From a virus: DNA of 64,000 nt. The stretch lies in IMG/VR virus record IMGVR_UViG_3300044701_003572, positions 22,379 through 86,378 of that record; one strand, 5' to 3'. This document shows positions 29,567 to 37,816 of this stretch, piece by piece. Below the pieces are notes generated by a model. The model had not been told where the DNA came from. It made no database searches and saw only the letters and a list, made by a program, of their open reading frames with translations. Numbering within the stretch: the stretch's first letter is position 1; the number at the start of each line of letters is the position of its first letter. The position numbers were made by a program, and so were the translations under genes.

Positions 29567-30090
29567 CCCTCGTACACTGCCGAGTTTCCTGCGTGTTCAA
29601 ATACTTCGGCGGATTTTAGTCTAACACCTTGTCCGACTGGATAACGTGCTTCAAATACACGACCATCCGGATGCGTCCAACCGCGACCTTCTTGATAAGC
29701 AGTTAAAATTTCATTCATAGTTTTGTAAACTAATTCAGCGAACATTTCACAGCCAACACCGTCTACAATACGTAGATCGATGATGCCCATGTTTTTAAAT
29801 CCGCCTTGGATTTTGTTTAGTTCTACAAATGTGCCGCGTTCCGGATCGTCTTTGCCGATGACCATAGTATGATCAAACTGCCATTCGCTCCATTCTTTAA
29901 AAGCTTTAAGTCCGCCAAAGTCCATGACCCAATTCCGATCATCTAAGGTTTCAGATTCAAAGATTAGTTTGATGCCAATGGAATAACCATGTAGCAGTGA
30001 GCAATGGCTGTGTGTTGAACGCCATTGTCTAAAACAGCATGACAGGCCTCTGTCGTTACCGTAAGTTTTTGTTGAAAGATATTTCGCCAT
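29563..30090 (-). CDS. queD: 6-carboxytetrahydropterin synthase / 6-pyruvoyl-tetrahydropterin synthase family
   Basis: HCSLLHGYS, MDFGGLK, FDHT, GCEMFA and EH...A motifs; start MAKYLS with AGGAGG RBS. Confidence 0.85.
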   Translation of the reverse strand: MAKYLSTKTYGNDRGLSCCFRQWRSTHSHCSLLHGYSIGIKLIFESETLDDRNWVMDFGGLKAFKEWSEWQFDHTMVIGKDDPERGTFVELNKIQGGFKNMGIIDLRIVDGVGCEMFAELVYKTMNEILTAYQEGRGWTHPDGRVFEARYPVGQGVRLKSAEVFEHAGNSAVYEG

Positions 30091-30128
30091 CTCTTGCCTC
30101 CTATAAAATGCATAAGCGAGTAAGTTTG

Positions 30129-30176
30129 ATGACACGCAGAGTATTTAAAGAGGGGTGAGCGTCATAGAAGTCCTCT
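30129..30176 (-). ncRNA. candidate riboswitch-like H-type pseudoknot in the queD leader (preQ1-I-like)
   Basis: P1 AGAGG/CCUCU; loop AUGACGC pairs with downstream GUGUCAU; begins at the predicted +1. Confidence 0.5.
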
Positions 30177-30182
30177 ATATGT

Positions 30183-30211
30183 ATATTACACGATATTTAG
30201 CTGAAGTGCAA
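30183..30211 (-). promoter_or_regulatory. sigma70-type promoter with a nested TAAATA, upstream of the queD leader
   Basis: TTGCAC-N17-TAATAT; TAAATA at 30194-30199. Confidence 0.55.
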
Positions 30212-30833
30212 GACCTTGATCGATATTCTTGAAATTCTCTATCTCCATAAAAGAAACATTGTCTAAAATCCACTCTTTAGGCATTTTCCAATCTTTATAA
30301 TTGACAATGATATATTCTTTATGGGTATGATGTTTGAACGTTTCGGATATTTGATAGATCCAAAAACTAGGATCTACTGGTAAAGAATCGGTACTGTTAT
30401 AATTTTTTGTACCTTTATAGATATTATTAAATTTGTTATTAGTTGAATAAAGATCAAAACCTATGAGATAGATTTGATCATGATCTAATAAACTGGCTAC
30501 TAATATTGCATACGGACCGCTGCCCCAATGTTCAGGGTTATCTCTTTTGATATTGCCATTTGTAGGCACTGCAGGAAGTTGACATATATTTTTATTTTTT
30601 TGTATCTTTTTGAAAGATTTATAAAATCTTTCTCTTACATATATTTTTGTTGATAGATTGTTTTTATTTTCTAATGACTCAAAGACCATTCGATGATCGC
30701 AACAAATTAGATGATCGACAGTAATATCTCTGTGTATAGCGTTGCAACCTACTATCGGATATATCTTCTTGAGATTGTCGATATCAACGGCTGACCTGCT
30801 TTCGCCGTTGCCTAAAACTATTACCGAGTTCAC
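30186..30833 (-). CDS. GT42/DUF115 (Maf)-like putative ulosonic acid transferase
   Basis: VLGNGES, GCN, SG and IYLIGFDLY pattern resembles the CstII/Maf fold. Confidence 0.5.
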   Translation of the reverse strand: MNSVIVLGNGESRSAVDIDNLKKIYPIVGCNAIHRDITVDHLICCDHRMVFESLENKNNLSTKIYVRERFYKSFKKIQKNKNICQLPAVPTNGNIKRDNPEHWGSGPYAILVASLLDHDQIYLIGFDLYSTNNKFNNIYKGTKNYNSTDSLPVDPSFWIYQISETFKHHTHKEYIIVNYKDWKMPKEWILDNVSFMEIENFKNIDQGLALQLNIV

Positions 30834-31987
30834 AGTGTAGGTTTAATATCACCAAATGGTAACCATATCCCGGGTGCGCCTGCAGAAATACAGACCCAGC
30901 CAATATAAGATCCGGGTCTTGGTTCAGTGTTCCAGACCACGTCCCCTTTATTGTAATTGCCGCTGCTAGGAAATCTTTCTCCGTATTGATGTAATCTGTC
31001 GTCGAACTTTATAGATCCCTGAACGTGTAATGCAGCACGATCGTCGGGATTTTTAGCACCGATAGATAATTTGCCATGAACAAAAACTTTACTTGGAAAT
31101 TGATTTTGATTACCAAGAATTATATCGCCGTTTGGTTGTACGGTAATTCTAGCTGTGTTATCAGTAACGATGTCGAAAGGTAAACTTGCGTAAGTTCCTA
31201 CGATACCTCTGGTCTGATCTTTAGTGCCTAACAATACTTCAACACCATCTTCCATTACAGATAAAGCGGCATTGGGTTCTTCGGTTCCTAGACCTAACCT
31301 ATTACTATTAGAACTATAAACAATATACTGATCGATTATTACATCACCGTCTACTATTAAACCTTTTAATCTTCCTAGCTCTCGGAGAGAACTTTTAGTC
31401 ACTGAGTTACCTAATTCATTAGGAGCCAATACAGGAACTCCATTAATAGCGTAATGTTTGTCTTTGTGGATATCGATTATTTCTGTACTGAAGAATCTAT
31501 CAGGATATGGTTTGTAAACAAATTGTTTAGCATAGCCTTCACCGATCCACCAAAGTCCTTTGTTTTCTAAAGACTCAGTTTCAGTTTTTTTAAACTCTAA
31601 AGAAGCAGACCTTTCTATTCTAGTATCTGATAAAATTTCAGTTACTTCAATAGTTGCTGCTTTGAGATGCCCACTGATAGTTAGATTTTTGGCTGTTATA
31701 TTCTCGGAAACATTGAGGTTTCCTTGTAATGTGCCTACACTTAAAACGTCGATTTTAATACCGTCGTTGCCTACTACTAGCTTAGTAGAAGTAGCATCAT
31801 CTTTAATACCTAGGCTAGAAAATGCAGTTATTGTTCCGCCCGTTATATGATCTCCGCTTAGACCTCTTTTCGGTATCGATTTAACGATATCGTTAAAGTC
31901 AAAAACAGGTTTGGTGTTATTGGCCAGGTCTTTTAGAGCTGTGCCAAGGTATGCGATTGCTTTATCTAGATTGTTTTGGTCTGTCAT
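30830..31987 (-). CDS. putative virion fibre / structural protein
   Basis: RLGLGTEEPNAAL repeats; C-terminal GDVVWN...GWVC...G.W; TAAATA at 31995-32000. Confidence 0.6.
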   Translation of the reverse strand: MTDQNNLDKAIAYLGTALKDLANNTKPVFDFNDIVKSIPKRGLSGDHITGGTITAFSSLGIKDDATSTKLVVGNDGIKIDVLSVGTLQGNLNVSENITAKNLTISGHLKAATIEVTEILSDTRIERSASLEFKKTETESLENKGLWWIGEGYAKQFVYKPYPDRFFSTEIIDIHKDKHYAINGVPVLAPNELGNSVTKSSLRELGRLKGLIVDGDVIIDQYIVYSSNSNRLGLGTEEPNAALSVMEDGVEVLLGTKDQTRGIVGTYASLPFDIVTDNTARITVQPNGDIILGNQNQFPSKVFVHGKLSIGAKNPDDRAALHVQGSIKFDDRLHQYGERFPSSGNYNKGDVVWNTEPRPGSYIGWVCISAGAPGIWLPFGDIKPTL

Positions 31988-32029
31988 AGTCTAGTATTTA
32001 TTTAGAACTATGACAGATCAAGAATTGAA

Positions 32030-33217
32030 TTACAAAGTTTTAAGTAGAATTGTATCTTCGTTGATGCGACCGTTGAGCTTGATATCTACTGCTTTAATGT
32101 CCTCTAAGAACTTACGCAGGGCTACTTTACCTGCCGCTTTGAACTCTTTGAGTTGCTCTTCGGGCTTGCGCAAGGTCTTCTGCACAGATCGATTTTCGTC
32201 AAAACCCGTGATAGAAGTACCCTTAACTCCGAGCTCACCAAATTCGCTGGTAACATATTTGCCTAACTTACGGGTCTTGATATTGAAGATCCATAGTTCT
32301 TTGGCACCCACGATATCTGCAGGGCTAATAGAAACCAGTTTGAGCTTATCATCTTGCTTCAAATATTTGAGCTTTTCGACGATCTTCTCTACGGGTTTAG
32401 ACTTCTTAGCACGTGGCTTACGATTAACTTTGGCTTCCTGCATCAGCATATCGCAGGCCGACAGTATTTCTTGATAGAAGGTTACGATTTTTTTGACCTG
32501 TGCTTTGCTTAGGTGACGATAGGCTTCTTTGAGCTGTTCGCATTTACCTTCTTGAAGCTCTAGATATTCGTTATATTGGCGCTGATAATAATCTTTAATG
32601 ATGCGAGCGTGAGCAGCCTTGGTCTGTTTTCCACGCAGAAGATTAAGTACCTTAAATGCTTTAGGATCAAAAGCTTCGGGATCTTGACTAAATGATTCGA
32701 TAGTGTCCTCGATCTCTTCGGTCATTACAAAGGTAGCTTCGCGAACACGTTCTTGGATAGTTATCTGAGGTACAGCAGCCTTTTCCTCAGTAACTTCTGG
32801 TTCGTAGTCGTCTTTGCCTTCTTCGATAATTTTAGAAATCTGTTCCCCTAGCCATTGAGCGGTATTTCTGCCTTCATTAAAGTCTGCTCGAACTGGAGGC
32901 ATTCCTCTGAGAAGATTAGCAGCTATAGCTCCCATAGTTCCGCCGCAACGAAAGTCTTTGGTATCTTTAAAGGCTTTAACTTGGTCCTTAGTATAACCAT
33001 TAACTCCCATCCAATTGATTACTTTAGGTTTAAGATCTCTCCCGCTAAACTCTACACGATAGTAATCCATTGATCGACGAAAGTGCATATAAAACTCGTC
33101 CGTGGACATAGTTTCGTATCCGTCCCATTTTGGACTTAGATCGCGCTTTGAATTTGCACGATGTGCCGCTACGTCTTTAGCGGTAACACGAGTCTTAGTA
33201 GAGAGTTTGGCCATCAA
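32030..33217 (-). CDS. conserved T4-like phage hypothetical protein
   Basis: 395 aa; C-terminal KTLRKPEEQL...LNGRINEDTILL. Confidence 0.7.
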   Translation of the reverse strand: MMAKLSTKTRVTAKDVAAHRANSKRDLSPKWDGYETMSTDEFYMHFRRSMDYYRVEFSGRDLKPKVINWMGVNGYTKDQVKAFKDTKDFRCGGTMGAIAANLLRGMPPVRADFNEGRNTAQWLGEQISKIIEEGKDDYEPEVTEEKAAVPQITIQERVREATFVMTEEIEDTIESFSQDPEAFDPKAFKVLNLLRGKQTKAAHARIIKDYYQRQYNEYLELQEGKCEQLKEAYRHLSKAQVKKIVTFYQEILSACDMLMQEAKVNRKPRAKKSKPVEKIVEKLKYLKQDDKLKLVSISPADIVGAKELWIFNIKTRKLGKYVTSEFGELGVKGTSITGFDENRSVQKTLRKPEEQLKEFKAAGKVALRKFLEDIKAVDIKLNGRINEDTILLKTL

Positions 33218-33246
33218 TTGCTCCTAGTGTTTAACAGTATGTATAT

Positions 33247-33275
33247 ATTATAATGCCAATCTGTCATGCTGTCAA
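33247..33275 (-). promoter_or_regulatory. consensus sigma70 (early) promoter
   Basis: Exact TTGACA-N17-TATAAT. Confidence 0.85.
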
Positions 33276-33452
33276 CCGTTCGATTTCTTCATAGTCGCCG
33301 TCGGCAGTTTCTCTAAATACTTTGGAAACTTCTGCACCTTCATTAATGGCTTTTTTGGCTAATTGAATAGCCTCTTTACGACTTTTGGTTGTGTCAATAA
33401 GTTCTTCGTGTCCGTCAACTTCGGACCAGACCTCATAAAGTTCCCAGGTCAT
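33264..33452 (-). CDS. hypothetical protein
   Basis: 62 aa ORF. Confidence 0.6.
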   Translation of the reverse strand: MTWELYEVWSEVDGHEELIDTTKSRKEAIQLAKKAINEGAEVSKVFRETADGDYEEIERLTA

Positions 33453-33477
33453 TTTAGTTTACTTTTCTCCTATTAGG

Positions 33478-34062
33478 TTAAACAAATTTAAGCCAATCTC
33501 CATCAGGCGCCACTGCCCAACCAAGACGTTGGAGATCATTCCGGATCTCGTCGGTTATAAGGCCTTCCGGCACATATCTGTTAACCATTTCTATTCTAGC
33601 CATTTGTTCTTCAGTGAGTTCTTTTGGCTCTTCGTCCGCCGGAGGATATATACCGATATCTCGAATACCAGAACAGTACCAATCGATGTAATCGCCTTTT
33701 TGTTGCATATCTGCGATTATGCCGCCCGCTGATCTCCAAGAGCAACCCCATTCTTCTTCTTTAAGAATAGGAATGATATCCATTTTAATAAAACCGTTGT
33801 TACACATAGCCGCATATAAATTCTGTGCATAGGCATCGTCAGCACGAACTTTCTCCAGAATCCAATCAGTGGTTAGGAGATCGTATTCCATATTGTTGAT
33901 TCTGCTTTTGGGATCGTCGAATTTACGCTTATGATCGTCGATTATTTTTTCAAACCAATCGATATAATCTTCGTTGACAGATTCACCTTTTTCTGCCTGA
34001 CGGTTGACATAGCCCTCTTTTTGGAAGCTGTGTCGTTCAGGGCTTTTTGAAATCTTTGACAT
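33478..34062 (-). CDS. conserved phage hypothetical protein
   Basis: YAQNLYAAMCNN...CSWRSAGGIIA...DYIDWYCSG segment. Confidence 0.7.
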   Translation of the reverse strand: MSKISKSPERHSFQKEGYVNRQAEKGESVNEDYIDWFEKIIDDHKRKFDDPKSRINNMEYDLLTTDWILEKVRADDAYAQNLYAAMCNNGFIKMDIIPILKEEEWGCSWRSAGGIIADMQQKGDYIDWYCSGIRDIGIYPPADEEPKELTEEQMARIEMVNRYVPEGLITDEIRNDLQRLGWAVAPDGDWLKFV

Positions 34063-34366
34063 CTTTAATTGCTGATTTTAAAGTTTCTGCATAGTTTAGA
34101 GCAGTCTGCTCATTCATTGTTAATACAGTTTGATGTTCAAGATAGCCTTTAGCAAGTAAGGTCCAGATCTGTTTAAACCTATTCATAGACCACCAAGGTG
34201 ATTTCACTGTGGCATAGATTGTAACAGTAATACCAACATCTTCGGCTTCGATCCAAAGATCGTGAGTGTGATCTTCTGAGCCGCAGTCACAGACCACATG
34301 ATATGTTTTGGCATCACCCCAATCATTCTTTTTAAGAATACCCTCCGCCGGTGTCTGTAATTCCAT
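34037..34366 (-). CDS. hypothetical protein (CDC...H)
   Basis: Probable start MELQTPAEG at 34366. Confidence 0.55.
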   Translation of the reverse strand: MELQTPAEGILKKNDWGDAKTYHVVCDCGSEDHTHDLWIEAEDVGITVTIYATVKSPWWSMNRFKQIWTLLAKGYLEHQTVLTMNEQTALNYAETLKSAIKDVKDFKKP

Positions 34367-34367
34367 A

Positions 34368-34592
34368 TTAATCATTAAATGTTTTAACTTGATCTCGTTG
34401 GTCGTAAATGCTTTTGACCATTCGTTGATAATCTTCTTCACTCATACAGGTTCTATATAGACTCAGCGCCTGTATAGCCATTATACCTGCTATTTCCATA
34501 GCATCATATTCTTCTAACATCACACCGGTGAATTGAAGATATTTTGCATACAGGTCTTCTGTACTGTGTTTATAATTATCAAGCAAGCTCAT
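34368..34592 (-). CDS. hypothetical protein
   Basis: 74 aa ORF within the operon. Confidence 0.6.
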   Translation of the reverse strand: MSLLDNYKHSTEDLYAKYLQFTGVMLEEYDAMEIAGIMAIQALSLYRTCMSEEDYQRMVKSIYDQRDQVKTFND

Positions 34593-34594
34593 TA

Positions 34595-35413
34595 TTATGT
34601 CCAGAGTGATTGACGTATCTTGATTAAACGAATCATCATTTCTTCGTCTTCTTGTTCGTATTTTGCTTCCAACTCACGACTCTTGTCAAGAGCAGTCTTA
34701 CACATTTCTGCTTCTTCTGGAGTTTTATCTTCCATATCAAGGAGGTGATATCCTTTTTCGCGACGCATATCGCAGTAGGCACTCCAACCGCTAGCGTCAT
34801 AAACATCGGGGCGATTTGGGTAGATTTCTTTCCACCAGGTGTAAAGCTCTAAGATTTCTTTAGCAGCCTTAGCCTGATGAGTAGGATCTTCTTGTTCGCC
34901 TTCTTCGATGAAATCTTTATTGGTAAGAGTCATTGCCCATTTTAGATGAGCGACGCCTGCTTCTGGACAGCGCCAAGTTCTCCAACGTAGCCAACCACTG
35001 CGCCACCAAGGCGGAGAATACTTTTTACGTGCTTCATCGTCCCACATACAGGTATGCCAGGCCTGTTCTACTTCAACAAAATCAACAAGCTCATTAAACA
35101 AACATGGAAGAAAACGGTTGCCAACATCACGCCACTCGCCGCGAGGAATATCGCTTGGATGAGCAGTAAGAGCGTGGGTTTTAGTGATCCAGCGATTGTT
35201 GATATAGTAGCGTACATCATTGATCCTTTCAGGAATGTAACACCAAACATCTTGAATTTTATCCAAACCTTCTTCAGCAATCCACCAACGGATCGGATAT
35301 TTGTCTTTAGCAGCCTTCTCCCATTCGTGCCATTCTTTTCCAGTACCGCACTTTAACTTAGTAGTGCCACGAATCCAATCAGCAAATGGTGAACAAGTCC
35401 AATAATTTCTCAT
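34595..35413 (-). CDS. Trp-rich phage hypothetical (probably early) protein
   Basis: 272 aa ORF directly downstream of a sigma70 promoter. Confidence 0.7.
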   Translation of the reverse strand: MRNYWTCSPFADWIRGTTKLKCGTGKEWHEWEKAAKDKYPIRWWIAEEGLDKIQDVWCYIPERINDVRYYINNRWITKTHALTAHPSDIPRGEWRDVGNRFLPCLFNELVDFVEVEQAWHTCMWDDEARKKYSPPWWRSGWLRWRTWRCPEAGVAHLKWAMTLTNKDFIEEGEQEDPTHQAKAAKEILELYTWWKEIYPNRPDVYDASGWSAYCDMRREKGYHLLDMEDKTPEEAEMCKTALDKSRELEAKYEQEDEEMMIRLIKIRQSLWT

Positions 35414-35440
35414 AATATATTCTTTCTGTCGAACATTTTA

Positions 35441-35469
35441 ATTATACGATCTTTTAAAAAACTCGTCAA
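35441..35469 (-). promoter_or_regulatory. sigma70 (early) promoter
   Basis: TTGACG-N17-TATAAT. Confidence 0.8.
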
Positions 35470-35491
35470 TAAGATTCTTTTTTGACGTATT

Positions 35492-35845
35492 TTATTTTAC
35501 AAGATGTTGGGACAGCACCATACAAGCTAGCCAAATCCAAAGTGTGTTAAATCCTACCAATGTTGGTAGTAGTTTTTTATTACTGGCCCAAATTAATGTC
35601 ATGCTAGTGGCCAGTGCTACAAAATATAATTGCCAAATTTGTATTCCAAATATCAAACCTGGAACGATAATAGACGCTTTAGCTAACCAACTAGCAGCTT
35701 CTATGATATTGTAGTTTGTCCAATAAGATCTAGTGAACCACATCTTGTAGCAGTTTACAACATTTTTCCATCCTGTAAAAGAATATATCAAGGATGTGCA
35801 AAAAATAAAAGCTAAAAATGCGAATAGGATTTGATCTGCGTTCAT
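35492..35845 (-). CDS. multi-pass membrane protein
   Basis: About four hydrophobic segments. Confidence 0.65.
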   Translation of the reverse strand: MNADQILFAFLAFIFCTSLIYSFTGWKNVVNCYKMWFTRSYWTNYNIIEAASWLAKASIIVPGLIFGIQIWQLYFVALATSMTLIWASNKKLLPTLVGFNTLWIWLACMVLSQHLVK

Positions 35846-36229
35846 TTAAAATCTCTTTTGATATCCAGCCATATTTAACATTATAGAGTACTGCTCGTAG
35901 GATTTTTGGACAGCAGGATTAGTGTTACGATAAAAAGATTCTTCTCGCTCCTTGTCCATAAGAGTTTGAAATAGATCAACTTCGCTTCTAGTATGATGTT
36001 GCCATTTGAAAAACTTACGTTCTAACTCTATCAGTGTTCGTAGGCGACTTTCCGGAATCTCTAAAGTGATTACTTTTTCGGTTTCGTATTCTACAATATC
36101 ATTACGAATAATATCAGCACGTTCGGGGTCTGTAAAAAATCTAGGAGGATGATACCGTGCCCTACGCTTTTGATCGTTTAGGACACGTACCTCATAATTT
36201 TCACAAAACTGAGAAACTTCTTTATCCAT
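35846..36229 (-). CDS. hypothetical protein
   Basis: 127 aa ORF overlapping the thyX stop. Confidence 0.65.
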   Translation of the reverse strand: MDKEVSQFCENYEVRVLNDQKRRARYHPPRFFTDPERADIIRNDIVEYETEKVITLEIPESRLRTLIELERKFFKWQHHTRSEVDLFQTLMDKEREESFYRNTNPAVQKSYEQYSIMLNMAGYQKRF

Positions 36230-36908
36230 TATTAACTAGACTTTCAGTCATCGGAAAGATTGCAGCAATAGCTTTGGCACATGCCAGTGCTACTAACTGA
36301 TGTTCTTTTTGTGTACCATTAGCTGATCGCAATTCAATAAAGTGTACCCAAGACCGTAAGGTACCATTCATATAAAGTTTACTTTCAATGTTTCCTTCGG
36401 GTAGAACAGCACGAGCTTGCTCTTTGGCTATACCGTTTGACACAGCCCAAGTGTAGGCCTCTCGAGCGGCTCTAATAACAGCCTGTTGTTTTTCTTCCCA
36501 TAGACGTGCAAGCTCTCTCTGCTCAGGGTCTGCCATGTCCAATTCGACAGAATTTTGTCTGTTTTTTGTGTCCTGCAACCGTGCTTCTCTAATGACGAAG
36601 TTAAGATCTTTTGTAGGGTCAGCGTATCGTTGACTAAACTCTTGGAAGGCAAAGCTTCTGTGTCGTAGGATCTGTCTTGCGATGTCTCTGGTTGTGGTGA
36701 TTTCAACGCAGGCTGAAACCATTTCCAAGGGACTCCAGTGTGCGTGTTTAACAAGATATCGAATAAGCTTCTCTGATGTCTCTGTATTGAGTTGGTTGCT
36801 TGGGTTGCTGACACGGGCGCAATACGCAATGAGTTCTTGTGCATCGTCGACACCCAATCCGGCAAATTCTGCTGTTGGTTGTGAATAGGATACCAGTTTA
36901 ACATTCAT
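36222..36908 (-). CDS. thyX: flavin-dependent thymidylate synthase
   Basis: HWSPLE, RHRSFAFQEFSQRY (RHRx7S), EQARAVLP and TQKEH motifs; start MNVKLVS. Confidence 0.95.
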   Translation of the reverse strand: MNVKLVSYSQPTAEFAGLGVDDAQELIAYCARVSNPSNQLNTETSEKLIRYLVKHAHWSPLEMVSACVEITTTRDIARQILRHRSFAFQEFSQRYADPTKDLNFVIREARLQDTKNRQNSVELDMADPEQRELARLWEEKQQAVIRAAREAYTWAVSNGIAKEQARAVLPEGNIESKLYMNGTLRSWVHFIELRSANGTQKEHQLVALACAKAIAAIFPMTESLVNNG

Positions 36909-37395
36909 CTTTCTCTTCTTTCTCGTCTGGGAAACACAATGATTCCATTGTTTTATAATGTTCGTAGGCTTTTTTGAGAGCTTCAAACTTTTCAAGTTTT
37001 TCTGGATCGGGAACCAGTATAGCTAATCTTTGCTCCATCTTTGAGATAAAATCTTTAAGACTAACATTACCAATTTTAAGATCGCCACCTTCTTTTATAT
37101 TAACACCATCAGTGTCTATGTTTACGGTGGGTGCATAATTTTGAGTCCAAGTGTAACCACTAGTCCCGTTCGTTGTGTATACTCCCCCGCCACCTCCACT
37201 AATTGTATAAGTTGAGGATGGAAAAGTTATAGTCGATGAAGTCATATTTAAATCATCCAAGGTGATAGTTTGCACACCATCCAGTTCCAGAGCTGCACCA
37301 ACAGCACCAATGTCAAGATCCAAAGTTATTGTATCAGTGACTGTGATGCTGTCAGTTTCGCTACCGCTAAGGATGTAATTATCCTTATCGTCCAT
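36898..37395 (-). CDS. hypothetical protein
   Basis: Thr/Gly-rich N-terminal part; C-terminal LKKAYEHYK. Confidence 0.6.
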   Translation of the reverse strand: MDDKDNYILSGSETDSITVTDTITLDLDIGAVGAALELDGVQTITLDDLNMTSSTITFPSSTYTISGGGGGVYTTNGTSGYTWTQNYAPTVNIDTDGVNIKEGGDLKIGNVSLKDFISKMEQRLAILVPDPEKLEKFEALKKAYEHYKTMESLCFPDEKEEKDEC

Positions 37396-37396
37396 A

Positions 37397-37597
37397 TTAG
37401 GCCTTTGTTACTTTTGCTTCTTTGCGAGCGTTCTTTTCTGCAGTGATTTCGTTACGGCGAGCCTTTACACTCTTAGCCACTTCTTGTAGGGCTTTACGAG
37501 CGCGAGTACCTGCTGCCGAGTTACCTGCTGTAAACTTTGCATCTTCTGCTAAAAATGTTTCGAAGTCTGCTTTTAGTTGTTCTACTGTATTTGACAT
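37397..37597 (-). CDS. histone H1-like (Hc1-type) small basic protein
   Basis: GNSAAGTRARKALQEVAK motif; AAGGA RBS. Confidence 0.65.
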   Translation of the reverse strand: MSNTVEQLKADFETFLAEDAKFTAGNSAAGTRARKALQEVAKSVKARRNEITAEKNARKEAKVTKA

Positions 37598-37640
37598 AAT
37601 TGTTTCCTTTAAGTTATGTTATTCTACTTATTCTAGAATT

Positions 37641-37753
37641 TGGTGTGGTCGGTAGGTTTCGAACCTACAAAGGCTGCGAGTTATACTCAGCGCCCCGTCC
37701 CCATTCTCGACTATGAGTCGAGCGGGAGGTCTGCCTATTCCACTCACGACCAC
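37641..37753 (-). tRNA. atypical 113-nt tRNA-like RNA (Leu-like body, CAU anticodon hairpin, encoded CCA)
   Basis: Acceptor GTGGTCG/CGACCAC + A + CCA; T-arm GTAGG-TTCGAAA-CCTAC; D-loop GG; hairpin CTCGA-CTCATAG-TCGAG; long variable arm. Confidence 0.75.
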
Positions 37754-37759
37754 AAGTAT

Positions 37760-37788
37760 ATTATATAACCTTAATCTTAAAAATACAA
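37760..37788 (-). promoter_or_regulatory. sigma70-type promoter of the tRNA-like gene
   Basis: TTGTAT-N17-TATAAT; the -10 element ends 6 nt before the RNA 5' G. Confidence 0.65.
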
Positions 37789-37816
37789 TATATGATAGGT
37801 TAAATAATAGCAGTTT

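Noticed and set aside
24835-30090. Bacterial chromosome origin of the isc/sod/kdsA/queD block
   Set aside because: The pathways are incomplete, interspersed with phage ORFs, and carry phage-type TAAATA promoters.
37641-37753. Selenocysteine or suppressor tRNA (a UCA triplet lies in the loop; long variable arm)
   Set aside because: UCA is off-centre with no preceding U33, the acceptor is 7 bp, the discriminator is A, and no in-frame TGA genes were noticed.
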